Assembly (NCBI GenBank): GCA_963700285.1
Contig: CAVOXA010000005.1
Location: 219,333-283,332, forward strand
Source: an uncultured Chloroflexia bacterium
Lineage (GTDB): Bacteria > Chloroflexota > Anaerolineae > JAAYZQ01
Reading direction: 5' to 3'
Length of the DNA stretch: 64,000 bases
The notes under the pieces were generated by a model that made no database searches, was not told the origin of the DNA, and saw only the letters and a list, made by a program, of their open reading frames with translations. Positions 12,897-23,872 of the stretch are shown here, one piece after another (the first letter of the stretch is position 1; every line of letters starts with the position of its first letter). A program made the translations under genes and the position numbers.

Positions 12897-15237
12897 TCAG
12901 AATGGCCAGAAGAAGGGCACGACCAGCACGACAATCAGCAGCACCACGAGGGTCAGCGGTATGCCCACTTTGGTATAGTCGGAGAACCGATAGCCACCGG
13001 GGCCCATGACCAATACATTGGCCGAGTGGCCGACGGGGCTGAGGAAGGCCGCAGAGGCCGAAACTGCTACGGCCATCATCAACGGGTAGGGCGATATCCC
13101 CAGATCGTTGGCGGTGTTGAGCGCAATCGGGGCCAGCAGAACGGCCACGGCCGGGTTGGGCATCACCTGGGAGGCCAGGGCAGCCAGGATGAACAGCCCG
13201 GCCAGCACCGCCAGCGGACCCGATGGGCCCACCAGTCCGACCATACCCTCGGCCAGAAAGTTTGCCGCGCCGGTTTGCTCCATGGCGATGCCCAGAGGCA
13301 GCATCCCGGCGATCAAAAAGACGGCCTTCCACTCGATAGACCGGTAGGCTTCCTCCATCGTGAGGCAGCGGGTGAGTACCATGAGCACTACGCCGGCCAC
13401 AGCGGAGATGGCGATGGGCACCCAATCAAAGATGACCGGAATCAGCACAACGGCCATGATCAGGATGCCGATAGGCGCCTTGTTCAAGCGCGGCGCTTCC
13501 TGGGCCGCTTCGGTTAGTACCAAAAAGTCAGGCTCGAGGCCCAGCACTCGCAGTCGCTCGCGGGGGCCGTAGAGGAGCAGCGCATCGCCAAAGCGCAAAG
13601 CCATGTCGCGCAGTTCCGAGCGGTAGGCCCGGCCCTCGCGCCAGATGGCTAGCACGCTCAGACCGTACTTGTCGCGGAAGTGGATCTGGCGCAGCGTCCT
13701 GCCGGCCAACGTGGTCCGGGGCGAGAGCACCACCTCCACCAGGCCGACGTGTTCCGACTGCATCTCGTCCAGATCCGGCGGCGGTTCCTCATCGATCTCC
13801 AGGCCTTGCAAGCCTTCCAGGGTCAACAGGTCATCGGGCCGGCCCTTGACCAGCAACAGGTCGCCGGCGACCAGTATCTCTTCCGCGTCAGGCATGAGGT
13901 GGGTGGTGCCCTGGCGGACGATACCCATTACCCCCAGCCCAAAGGCGTCGCCCAGGCGGCTTTCGACCAGCGTCTTGTCCGCCAGGATCGAACCCTCGGG
14001 CACCCGCATGGCGACCAGCCGCTCTTCGAGGCGGTATTGCTGCGCCGTCTCGGCACCTGAGACAAGGAATTCCGACTCGACCTGTAGTGCGTCGAGTTGC
14101 TCTCGGGTCCCCTGGACCAGTAAAACGTCGTCGCGTTGTAGCGGCAGCTTTTCCAGATTGGTCCGCACCACACCGCCCCCCCGCCGGATGGCCAGCACGG
14201 CCACGCCAAAGCGGCGGCGAAACTCGATCTGCTCCAGCGTCAGGCCCGGCAGCGATGCCTGGGGAGAGAGCGCGACCTCGGCCAGGTCGATCTCGGCCGA
14301 ACGCAGCCGCTCGACGGCCACGTGGTCCTCTTCCACAACCAGGGCGCGCTGCCCGCGCAGCTCGGTGAGGCGGTCGAGCCGGCCTTCGACCAGCAGACGG
14401 TCGCCGGGGAGCAGGATGGTGGCCGCGTCGGGGGCCAAGCGGTTCTGGTCGGGACGCAGGATGGCCAAAACGTTCAAGCCCAGGGCCGCGCCCAGGCGGC
14501 TTTGAGCCAGTGGTCTTCCGGCCAGGGCCGAATCGGCAGGCAGGCGGACGACGAACAACCGCTCGTGGAGGCCAAAGAACTCACCGGGAGCTGCCCGATC
14601 GTTCTCCGACAGATCCTTGATGTCCCGGGACGGCAGCAGGTGCCGTCCTACCAGGACCATGAAGGCGATACCAGCCAGCATAACGACGATACCGGTCGGC
14701 GTGTAGTCGAACATGTGGAAAGGCTCCAACCCATACTAGGCGCAGGGCCTCGCTGACCAGGATATTGGGCGGCGTGCCAATGAGGGTATTCAAGCCGCCC
14801 AGGAGCGCGGCAAAGGCCAGGGGCATCAGCAAGCGAGAAGGTGGACGGCCCGTACGTCGGGCGATGTCGACGACCACCGGCAGCATCAGCGCCGCCACGC
14901 CAATGTCGTTCATAAAGCCCGACAGCACGCCCACCGTGAGCATGATCGTGGCGATAAGCCGCGCCTCGCTCCCGCCGGCCAGGCGCAACACCGGGCGCCC
15001 GATCAGACCAGCCACACCAGTACGAGCCAGCCCGGCGCTGAGGATGAGCACCGCCCAGACCGTAACCACGGCCATGTTGGCAAAGCCGGACAGGGCCTCC
15101 GCAGGGGTGACCAGGCCGGTCAGAGTCAGGCTGACCAGCACCATGAGGGCTACCACGTCGACCCGGATCCGCTCCGTGACAAACATGACGATGGCCGCGG
15201 CCAGAATGGCCAGGACGGTGGCAATCTCGATTGACAT
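12897..15237 (-). CDS. SLC13/CitMHS-type permease with four TrkA-C (RCK_C) domains; frameshift near 14735
   Basis: Hydrophobic N and C halves (SGFMNDIG, IGTPPN, PGGYRFSDY) around repeated 'LAG..L....LG..VLAI.R...GD.LLV.G' units. Confidence 0.9.
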
Positions 15238-15426
15238 GATGCTTGTTACTCTTCAACTCCGCTGGCATTCGATCCGATTGTACGTCAATCACACAAACGC
15301 CCGGGGATCCGGCAGCGCGATCTCGATGGCGAACCTGCGCCGGGCTCGGCGGCGCTGCCCTTCTCCATGAGGGCGGTCTGTGGTTCAGAGTCACACCCCG
15401 GGAGCGGGCGGGGCCGCCCAGTCTGG

Positions 15427-15888
15427 CTACTGCTCGGGCGGCGGAACCCGCACCAGGCGAGGATGGGCCACCTCCTCCAGTTCGGCCGCAAAGGACTCGA
15501 ACTCATCGGGTGTGAACAAGGGCCGGCCGGGGCCGCGCATCGGCCAACCCATGATGAACGCGTCGGCCCGCGTCTCGGCGACAAACTCAAGGAGCTGCTT
15601 ACGGACGTTCCCTTCACGGATCAGAAAGCCCACCTGCTTCACACCGCGCCGCTCTGCACGGTCGCACAGGATGAGCATGCTGAACTCGGCCATCTGGGTC
15701 AGTTCCTGATAGATCACACTGAGCGGGCTGCCTATGGCCGCCTGGGCCTGGAACTCGGCGTCTGCCACGTAGAGAAATGTCAGCCGCGCATCGTTCTCCA
15801 GCGCCAGTTCGATGGCGCGAGTAACTGTCGCCCGGCTCTGGGGGCTGCCTCGGACGGCACAGACGATGTGTTCCACCTTCTCTGACAT
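15427..15888 (-). CDS. Universal stress protein
   Basis: HIVCAVRGSPQS..AIELA..LTFLYV..REGNV..ADAFIMG. Confidence 0.85.
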   Translation of the reverse strand: MSEKVEHIVCAVRGSPQSRATVTRAIELALENDARLTFLYVADAEFQAQAAIGSPLSVIYQELTQMAEFSMLILCDRAERRGVKQVGFLIREGNVRKQLLEFVAETRADAFIMGWPMRGPGRPLFTPDEFESFAAELEEVAHPRLVRVPPPEQ

Positions 15889-15907
15889 AGGTTTCTCCCT
15901 CCTGCTG

Positions 15908-17641
15908 CTAGAGCACCAGAAAGTGCAGCAGCAGCCATATCGTGGCTAGGCTCACTGTAATAAGGAGTGCTGGGAAGCCTTTTTTGAAAAAGTAGGCGTA
16001 GGTAATGGGATTTCCCGACCGTTCGGCAATGCCGGCAGTGACCATGTTGGCCGAGGCGCCGATGAGCGAGCCGTTGCCCCCCATGGCCGAGCCGACAGAC
16101 AGACAGTAGAATAGAACCTTGCTCCCTGCCCCAGGGATGGTGGCCGTCAGGTAGCCGATGACAGGTAGCATGGCGGCGGTGAAGGGGATGTTGGCGATGA
16201 CCATCGACAGTATGGCGCTGAACCAGGTGACGACCAATATGGCCAGGAGCAGGTTGTCGCCCACCAGCCGCGCGAGAAGGTCGGCGATGAAGCTGATGAG
16301 GCCCACCTCCTGGATGGCGCCGACGCAGATAAACAGGGTGATAAAGAACACCAACGTCGTCCAGTCTACGGCTTCGATCATCTCCTCGATGTCAGGCCGG
16401 ATCCAGACCAGGAGCGCGGTGGCGCCAATGAGCGCCGTCACCGCCGGCAGAAGGTGGATATGCTCACCCGTGACAAAGAGGACGATCATGCCCGCCCCCA
16501 CCACTCCAGCCTTTTTCAGGTGATCCGGCTCGGTGATGCGCCCCCGCTCGGCCAGGGCCTTGAGCAGTACAGGTGAGAGGCCGTGCCCGCCACTGGCCTT
16601 GAACTCTTTGCGGTACACCAGTTCGCTGTAGATAACCAGCCCCAGCAGCGCCAGCAAAACGCCCGGCGTCAGGTTGACCAAAAAGTCGTTGAACGAGATC
16701 TTGGCGTAGGAGCCGATCAGAATGTTGGTCGGCGTGCCTACCAGGGTACTGATGCCCACCACATTGGAAGCCATCACCTCGGGGATCAGCAGGGCCAGAG
16801 GGGTGATGCCCACCGCCAGGGCGATCTGGACGGTGATGGGTGTCATCAACAGCATGGTTGTCACATTGTCCAGGAAGGCCGAGGCTACGCCGGTGACGAC
16901 CATCAGGATGGGCAGCAGCAGCCACAGCTTTCCCCGCGAGAGCCGGTAGGCCTGGTAAGCCAGCCACTGGAAGATGCCGGTCCGTTCTACAACGGCGATG
17001 ACGATCATCATGCCCATGATGAGAAAGACCACGTTCCAGTCGACGTAGCGCAGCGCCCCCTGGAACCCAAAGATAAAGAGGTCATCCATGAGGAGGGGAC
17101 CTAGATAACTCACGGCAAAGATCACACTGGCGCCGAGCAAGGCTGACAGTGTGTTGTGCAGTTTGCCGGTGGCAATGAGCGCAAGAACGCCCACAAATAC
17201 TGCGGTGGCAATCCAAAAAGCCGGAGTGATGCGCCGCAGCAGCGTCGTGTCGGGTAGCACCACTGACGTCCCGGCTCGTAGCGCCTCGACCGCTCCGGCG
17301 CTCAGGTCGATGCTAGCTTCGGAAAAGTGGGGGCGTACGATACGCACCGCCAGGTCATCAGGAAAGGTCTCGGGTAGGATCAGGGCGTAGCGGCCGTCGG
17401 GCTGAGTGATGGCCTCCGCAAGCAGTTGGCTCTCGACCTGCCCCTCCCCGGCGCCGGCGTGCCCGGTCTGGAGCGTAACCCCAGCCTCCCGCACCGGCTG
17501 GCCTTGGCGGTCGAGGATTACCCCAGTGAGCAGCGCCGGCAGTGGTTCTTCAGCCTGGCTGCCCCGTCCAAACACCGACAACAGCAGACTGCTGCCCAGC
17601 AAGAAGGCGACCAGCCACCAAGATCGGGATTGGCCCTTCAC
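15908..17641 (-). CDS. ArsB/NhaD (IT superfamily) permease with N-terminal signal peptide and carboxypeptidase-regulatory-like domain
   Basis: SAFLDNVTT, TLVGTPTNI, GGNGSLIGASAN; N-terminal GVILD..G.PV..A.V...T..DGRY. Confidence 0.85.
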   Translation of the reverse strand: MKGQSRSWWLVAFLLGSSLLLSVFGRGSQAEEPLPALLTGVILDRQGQPVREAGVTLQTGHAGAGEGQVESQLLAEAITQPDGRYALILPETFPDDLAVRIVRPHFSEASIDLSAGAVEALRAGTSVVLPDTTLLRRITPAFWIATAVFVGVLALIATGKLHNTLSALLGASVIFAVSYLGPLLMDDLFIFGFQGALRYVDWNVVFLIMGMMIVIAVVERTGIFQWLAYQAYRLSRGKLWLLLPILMVVTGVASAFLDNVTTMLLMTPITVQIALAVGITPLALLIPEVMASNVVGISTLVGTPTNILIGSYAKISFNDFLVNLTPGVLLALLGLVIYSELVYRKEFKASGGHGLSPVLLKALAERGRITEPDHLKKAGVVGAGMIVLFVTGEHIHLLPAVTALIGATALLVWIRPDIEEMIEAVDWTTLVFFITLFICVGAIQEVGLISFIADLLARLVGDNLLLAILVVTWFSAILSMVIANIPFTAAMLPVIGYLTATIPGAGSKVLFYCLSVGSAMGGNGSLIGASANMVTAGIAERSGNPITYAYFFKKGFPALLITVSLATIWLLLHFLVL

Positions 17642-18081
17642 TGGACGCCTCCTTCGGGAAAGACCACGCTGGCTCCGGTCTGTTCCTCAGTGTGCGCGAC
17701 GAACTCGTGGAGCAGTTCATGGGTAAAGACTGTATCCTCCTGTTCGACCTTGGGCCTGCCGAGCACCAGGTAGTCGGTGCCGAGTTCGTGGCACAGGCCG
17801 ATGAGTTCCTCGCGGACGTTGCCGTGGCGAACCACCCCCTTGGCGGCGATGCCTTCCCGGGCAGCCGTCTCCTGGGCCATCAGCAGCATGAACTCGCCCA
17901 TCTGGTGCATCTCCTGCGAGATGGTGTGCACCCGGCTGGTGGGCGTCTGGGACAGAAAATCCAGGTTCACGACGTACAGGAAGCAGAGTGGCAGGCCGGT
18001 CTCCAGAGCCAGGGCGATGGCTTTTTCAATCGTCGGTTGGCTGGCCGGTCCGCCTCGGACGGCGCATACGATTCCAGGCAT
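17638..18081 (-). CDS. Universal stress protein
   Basis: IVCAVRGGPAS..AIALA..LYVV..RHGNV..YLVLG; paralog of 15427-15888. Confidence 0.85.
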   Translation of the reverse strand: MPGIVCAVRGGPASQPTIEKAIALALETGLPLCFLYVVNLDFLSQTPTSRVHTISQEMHQMGEFMLLMAQETAAREGIAAKGVVRHGNVREELIGLCHELGTDYLVLGRPKVEQEDTVFTHELLHEFVAHTEEQTGASVVFPEGGVQ

Positions 18082-18475
18082 GCTTCACTCTCCCTTCGTG
18101 TTTTCTTGCTCAGACGGAGCATTCTTTCACACCCGAACCAGGCCCTCAGTCAGGCAGGCGTTGGCGCCGATCAGGCCGGCAGTCGGCAACACGACTTCAG
18201 TCTGAAGAGCACCCATATCTTCTTGCTAAAGCCGGCCAGGGCAGAGACCAGCACCGCTTGGCGGTGCGCGCCATGATCCAGGCGCTTCACGGGCCGACGG
18301 CGCGGCCAAGTTGTCGCTCTCCTAGGACCTGCGACTGTACAATTGGGTACCCCGTAGAGTGACAGTTCAAGCCAGTGGCGCCTATGTGCGTCCTTTCTCT
18401 GCTTGGATCAGAACAGCGGCTATCATTATACCATGAATGGTTCGATCGCGCATCTTGCATACTGGGAACCGTTAC

Positions 18476-18745
18476 GGCTGTTGCAAAGTCGTCATCGCGA
18501 GCGTCAGCGCCTGTCCCGAGCATGTCCTGAGTCCGCGAAGGGCCTGTCGAGGGAAAACGATCTCCACTTGTGCCCTGGGGATTGCCACGGCGCAAACAGC
18601 GCGCCTACTAATGACACCGATCCTGTCACTGCGAGGCCCGCCGTTTGGGCCGAGGCACCGCCACGAGGCCTCGCGGTGACAGTCTCCACTTGTGTAGTTG
18701 GGGATTTCTTCGATCCGGCAAAAAGCGCCTCCGCTCGCAATGACG
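18476..18745. repeat. Interspersed REP/MITE-like palindromic element (GTCAT[CT]GCGAG...CTCGCAATGAC), composite copy
   Basis: Extensive identity with 52938-53060 and with the reverse complement of 59470-59544. Confidence 0.75.
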
Positions 18746-18767
18746 AGGTCAGGTGTCATTCCATTTA

Positions 18768-19975
18768 GAGTGGCGCCCTGTCTCCGGCGTTGTCTTTCGC
18801 GACCTCAACGGCGACGGCGTGCGAGACGCTCGGGAGCAGGGCGAGCCCTGCGGATCGACCACGAGCGAAGCGGACGGCACCTACACCCTGCAGCACACCT
18901 GCGGCACGACAACGGTACGGCTGGAATTCACGACGCTGCCGGCCTGGGCCATATCGGGACCTGAGGGCAAACACAGCGGCACCAGTGTCCGGGACAGACA
19001 ATAGCGACCCGCAAGCCCTGCACACCTATGTTTGGACGCTGGATACAGGTACCGGTGCGTCCAGCCCCATCCTCGAATAGCAGATGATGGCCGACATCGA
19101 GTTCTTTGGCAACGATCTGACCCTGGGCTTCCGCGACCGCTTTGGTGACCAGTGGGGAAGTTCGTCCGATTGGGGCTACTTCCTGGGCGATGGCAACGGC
19201 GACATCAAGTGCGCCAGTTGGGATGAGGGCAGCGGGACCTACATCATGGAACACAATGGGATCTGTGGCTCGCGCCAGGCCAAGGGCGCCCCGCGGGGGC
19301 CAGGCCGGGGCGATGACCCAGGCAGCGAGCTTTACTGGGGTGAAGGTGACAACGAAACCCTGGGTCCCGGCAACGAGTTCGAGGATGAATACTCCATGGG
19401 GGCGCTGGCCCAGTTCGGGACGGAGCCGCTGGCCGCCACACAGATCGACCTCAGCATATGCTTTGGCCACACGAGCTACGATGTGGGAGGCATCATCTGG
19501 CACGACAATCTCCTGGGCACACCGCTGCGTGGCTACGGTGTCTACGACTCGCGTGACGATCAAGGCACCTTCCGCAAGGCCAACGGGCTGGGCGACCTGG
19601 AGGCGCTGTGCGAGCCCGTCCCCCATTGAGATCGACAACCGGCTCTGGGACGATGCCGACTGGGACGGCATCCAGGACCCAGGAGAGGCGGGTTTGGACA
19701 AGGCAACCGTGCAACTGTGGGCAGGGAAAACCAAGGTGGGCGAGGCACAGACCAGCAGCGATGGACAGTACTACTTTGGCGGCGTCGAACAGCGCAACAT
19801 GCTGTCCTGCGGCTCGGAGCTAACTCCTGGCGCGCCCCTCAGTCCTTGCAAGGTTGAAACCAACCAGGCCTACGAAATCCGTATCTCGCTGGATGGCCCA
19901 AACCTGGCCGGCCGGCTTCCGACGGTTGCGAATCGGGGGAGCGACCTCCACGACAGCGACTGTGCAGGCGGGCAC
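18768..19975 (+). pseudogene. Fragmented SdrD-B-like domain surface protein
   Basis: SGVVFRDLNGDGVRD and IEIDNRLWDDADWDGIQDPGE..SDGQYYF motifs; internal stops (19078, 19627), no start or signal peptide. Confidence 0.65.
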
Positions 19976-20117
19976 GCGGGCGGCGGGGCTCACCAGGTAG
20001 AGCTCGCCTTGGCCGACGTCTTGCGGCGTACCGAGGGCCAGCGGGTAGGGCCGGGTTCGCTCGTCGCGGATCTCGGGTGTCCGGCCAAAATCCCTCGGCT
20101 CGACCAGCGAAGGAAGG
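19976..20117 (-). repeat. Diverged duplicate of the 3' part of the SDR gene (matches ~22675-22817)
   Basis: GGCCGACGTC..GCGGCGTACCGAGG..GCGGGTAGGGCCGGGTTCGCTC..CGACCAGCGAAGG shared by both copies. Confidence 0.8.
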
Positions 20118-20186
20118 TCTCTGCCTTGAGCAGAGTTGCGTTGGGCAGGCGTTGGTCGATAGAACCTGTCACGTCTTGGTTGCGGT

Positions 20187-22559
20187 CTATTCCTCCGCGA
20201 CGATCAATGGCAAATAGATCTCAGACTGCGCGCCCTCCACTGCCAGATCCACCTTGTACGGTGTCGGGTCATGGGCCCAGACTAGTTCCGTCGATGCCGT
20301 CGCTGCCACCCCATTCACCCGGAAAGCCAGCCGCTCGCCCTCCCGGAAACCGGGGATGGGCGGATCCTCGGCGTCCTCGCCAAAGACGTGCATAACGCCA
20401 TACTGGCCCTCGTGGCGGAGCATAGTACAGCCGGCCACCTCGCCGCGGGGCGTCAGTACCTCAACCACGGTTCCGGGGGGAGCCGGGTTGTCGCCGACTG
20501 CCAGCATGCCATAGACCAGGGTGAAGGTAGGCGTGGGCGCCGGGTGGCTGCAGGCGCCCCACGCGTGAAGCGGGGCGAGGTCGTCGCGAGAGCCGGGGGC
20601 CTGTGCCAGGCCCGCGTCACTGGGATAGACCAGGCTGGTCGCCTGGGTGGCATGGAGCAGGTAGCCCTGGCCGGGCTCCATGTGAGTCAGGGTGCTGTAC
20701 ACCGGGTCTCCGGGGATGTAGGTCTGGTCCAGGCTGTGGACCAGATCGTACTGACCGTCGATGCTGGCCAGGGCGGTACCGATGGGCAGGGTCGTATCGG
20801 GCAGGAAGCTGATCCAGTTCCAATCCGCTGCCAGGGGCAGCGGCGTGTCGACGGGGATGGCAAAGCCCTGGACTTGAAGCCCCGCTTCAATCCCACCCTC
20901 GAGGCGCAGGTAATAGCTCGCCGCGCCGGGCAGTTCGTTGAGGGTCTGGTAGACGGGGTCCAGGTTGCAGTCGTGGACGCCTGTCTGGCTCAGGACGCGG
21001 CAGTAGAGACCATCGATCGAGGCCAGGACGGCTGCCACAGAGGGGTCGGGCGGCTCCACCCGCCAGGATGCCGCGTTCCAGCCTGGCGCCAGCGTTCGGA
21101 CTGTCTCACAGAGCGGGGTCGTGTCCTGGGCCACGTTAGAGTAGTCGGAGTATTGGCTGTCGCCAGACCAGTAGGCTCGGACGCGGTAGTGGTAGGCGAA
21201 GCCGCAGTCCAGCCCGCTGTCCTGGTAGGTGGTCGTGTCCGCGGCCACGGTGGCGATCTCGGTCCAACCCGTGCTGCCATCGGGCGAGCGCTCGATGTAG
21301 AAGGCGGTCTCGTCCGGCGAGTTGTCCTGCCAGGTCAGGTCGATCTCAGTCTGTGAAGAGGCTGCAGCCGCCAGACCATCGGGCGCCTGCCCGGCGCCGG
21401 TTAAAGTAGACAGGACGTGGATGTCCGTGTTATCCATCACGCCGGAGATCCGGTCAGCGTTGAATCCTGAGGCATAGATCGGTACATTGACGCCTGTATG
21501 CCCGGTAGTGGACCACGTCACCGTGGGAAAGTTGTCCTTGCCGTTGTTCTGGACCACCGTCAGACCGCCGGTCTCGTGGTCGGCGGTGACGATGACCAAT
21601 GTGTCAGAGCGCCCCGCGGCCCAGTTCATCACAATCTGCACAGCATCGGCGAATTCAATAGTCTCCAGAATGTTGCGCTCGAGGTTGTTTTCATGGCCAG
21701 CGTGGTCAATGCGCCCGCCTTCGACCATCAGAAACAAGCCGTCTAGATCTGCATCGAGGATGTCCAGAGCGGTGGAGGTCATTTCGGTCAGGTGAGGCAG
21801 GGCCGTATAGCTGCCGTCATACTCGTAGGGCAGATGGGAGGCCCCGAATTGGCCGGATACCATCGTCACCTGGTCGGCGTCAAGGGCTTGCATCTCAGCC
21901 CGGTCAACGACGACGGTGTATCCGGCCGCGGCCGCTGACGCCTGGGACATGCCGTTGCCCCCCCCGCCAAAGAGCACGTTGGGCCGCGTCTGGTTCAAAT
22001 AATCGCCGGCGATCGGAGAGAGGTTGTTGCGGCTCGTGTCGTGGGCGCCAAAGGCCGCGGGCGTGGCGTGGGTCATGTAGGTGGTAGTGACCAGGCCCAC
22101 GTTCTTGCCCTGGGATCTGTAGAATTCGAGCGTGGTCCCTAATGCGCTGCCGTCGCCGGGGATGGCCAGGCTGATGACGCCATTATTGACCTTGACGCCT
22201 GTGGCCATGGCGGTGGCCGCCGCAGCCGAGTCGGTCACTGAGCCGCCGGAAGCGTAGGTGGTCATTTCAGCCTGATACGGCATCTGCTCGAAGGACAGTG
22301 TTCCCTCCTCCCCATTGAGGTACATGCCAGCGGCTCGCACCTGCTCAAAGCCCATGCCATCGCCAATCAAGACGATCACATTCTTTGGGTAAACCTGGCC
22401 CTGGGCGAGGGTCGTCGTTGTGCTATGTGGCAAGCCACCCAGGATCAGGATCAGAAGCAGGACCAGCCCCAACCGTGACAAGGCTCGCCAGCAAGGTAGG
22501 CAAGGAGGCTGCGCCTTGGCAGGCCGCAATCGCGCTACCCTGTTGCAATGGTCGTTCAC
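20187..22559 (-). CDS. phoA: Secreted alkaline phosphatase with FN3 domain and C-terminal YLPLI motif
   Basis: IGDGMG, TDSAAAATAMATG (catalytic Ser), THATPA, EGGRIDHAGH, TADHETGG; FN3 (LTWQDNS..Y.YRVRA). Confidence 0.92.
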   Translation of the reverse strand: MNDHCNRVARLRPAKAQPPCLPCWRALSRLGLVLLLILILGGLPHSTTTTLAQGQVYPKNVIVLIGDGMGFEQVRAAGMYLNGEEGTLSFEQMPYQAEMTTYASGGSVTDSAAAATAMATGVKVNNGVISLAIPGDGSALGTTLEFYRSQGKNVGLVTTTYMTHATPAAFGAHDTSRNNLSPIAGDYLNQTRPNVLFGGGGNGMSQASAAAAGYTVVVDRAEMQALDADQVTMVSGQFGASHLPYEYDGSYTALPHLTEMTSTALDILDADLDGLFLMVEGGRIDHAGHENNLERNILETIEFADAVQIVMNWAAGRSDTLVIVTADHETGGLTVVQNNGKDNFPTVTWSTTGHTGVNVPIYASGFNADRISGVMDNTDIHVLSTLTGAGQAPDGLAAAASSQTEIDLTWQDNSPDETAFYIERSPDGSTGWTEIATVAADTTTYQDSGLDCGFAYHYRVRAYWSGDSQYSDYSNVAQDTTPLCETVRTLAPGWNAASWRVEPPDPSVAAVLASIDGLYCRVLSQTGVHDCNLDPVYQTLNELPGAASYYLRLEGGIEAGLQVQGFAIPVDTPLPLAADWNWISFLPDTTLPIGTALASIDGQYDLVHSLDQTYIPGDPVYSTLTHMEPGQGYLLHATQATSLVYPSDAGLAQAPGSRDDLAPLHAWGACSHPAPTPTFTLVYGMLAVGDNPAPPGTVVEVLTPRGEVAGCTMLRHEGQYGVMHVFGEDAEDPPIPGFREGERLAFRVNGVAATASTELVWAHDPTPYKVDLAVEGAQSEIYLPLIVAEE

Positions 22560-22611
22560 GGAAAAGTTTCCGCCAATACAAGGATGATCTTGTTCATAGC
22601 GTTCACAGGGC

Positions 22612-23373
22612 CTAGATCACAGAAGATCCCTGTTGGATCCCGCCATTGAGGTGCAGGCTGGTGCCCGACACCCAGCGGGCCGCGGGGCTCACCAGATAAA
22701 GCACACCCTGGCCGACGTCCCGCGGCGTACCGAGGCCCAGCGGGTAGGGCCGGGTTCGCTCCTCGCGGATCTCGGGCGTCCAGCCAAAGTCCCTCGACTC
22801 GACCAGCGAAGGCAGGATGGCGTTGACCCGCACACCCCGCTCGGTCACCTGCTCGGCAAAGGCCACGGTAAGGCCCAGGACGCCGGCCTTGGCGGCGTTG
22901 TATGCCGGGGACATCCCCTTGCTGCCATGGTGCGCCGCCGACGAGCTGATGTTGACGATGCTGCCGCTGCCGGCCTCCAGCATCGGAACCAGCGCCGCCC
23001 GGCTGCAGTAAAAGACACCGCTCAAGTTGACGGCAATCGTCCGCTCCCACTCCGCATGGGGCAGGTCCCAGGCGTTGCCGTCCGGGGCGTCGATGGCCGC
23101 ATTGTTCACCAGAATATCCAGGCGGCCGTACTCGGCCAGCGCCAGGTTCACCAGTGCCTCGCCGTCAGCGGGGATGCTGGTGTCCATCAGCATGCTCACA
23201 GCAGCGCCGCCAGCGGCCAGGATCTCTTGCACGGTGCCCGCGGCGTCCTGAATGTCTCCGATGACGATCTTGGCGCCCGCTTCCGCCAGGACCAGCGCGA
23301 TGCCCTGGCCGATGCCCTGGGCGGCGCCGGTAACGACGGCGACCTGTCCATCCACCCGGTACTGATCAGACAT
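22612..23373 (-). CDS. Short-chain dehydrogenase/reductase
   Basis: TGAAQGIG, NNAA, YNAAK. Confidence 0.92.
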   Translation of the reverse strand: MSDQYRVDGQVAVVTGAAQGIGQGIALVLAEAGAKIVIGDIQDAAGTVQEILAAGGAAVSMLMDTSIPADGEALVNLALAEYGRLDILVNNAAIDAPDGNAWDLPHAEWERTIAVNLSGVFYCSRAALVPMLEAGSGSIVNISSSAAHHGSKGMSPAYNAAKAGVLGLTVAFAEQVTERGVRVNAILPSLVESRDFGWTPEIREERTRPYPLGLGTPRDVGQGVLYLVSPAARWVSGTSLHLNGGIQQGSSVI

Positions 23374-23491
23374 ATGCACGTTCCTTCCCTTTGCTGTGTG
23401 TGATGCCAGGCAGCGAAAACCTGGTCTTGCCCATGGAGCAGGATTGTGATACAATCCCAGCTACCGATTCAGAAAGGCGGTGACACGTACC

Positions 23492-23872
23492 ATGAAGGCC
23501 ATCCAAAGCCCAGAAGCTCCGCTGCCCGCCGGACACTATGCGCAGGCCATCGTACACAATGGCCTCGTCTATGTCTCGGGACAACTACCCGTAGATCCAG
23601 AGACTGGAGAGAAACACATTGGTTCCATCGAAGAGCAGACCAGCCAGGCCCTGAAGAACGTAGCCGCGATCCTGAAAGCTGCGGACAGTGATTTAGGTCA
23701 GGTCATCAAGGCCACGGTCTATATCTCGGACATCAGTCTGTGGGATCGAGTCAACAAAGTATACGCCGAATTCTTTGGCGCGCATCGTCCCGCCAGGGCC
23801 ATTGTACCAACCCGCGATCTGCACTTTGGTTTCCAGATAGAGATCGAGGTCATCGCCGCAGTCACCGGCTGA
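23492..23872 (+). CDS. ridA: RidA/YjgF family enamine deaminase
   Basis: GHYAQA, VSGQLP, RPARAIV, IEIEVIA. Confidence 0.92.
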   Translation: MKAIQSPEAPLPAGHYAQAIVHNGLVYVSGQLPVDPETGEKHIGSIEEQTSQALKNVAAILKAADSDLGQVIKATVYISDISLWDRVNKVYAEFFGAHRPARAIVPTRDLHFGFQIEIEVIAAVTG

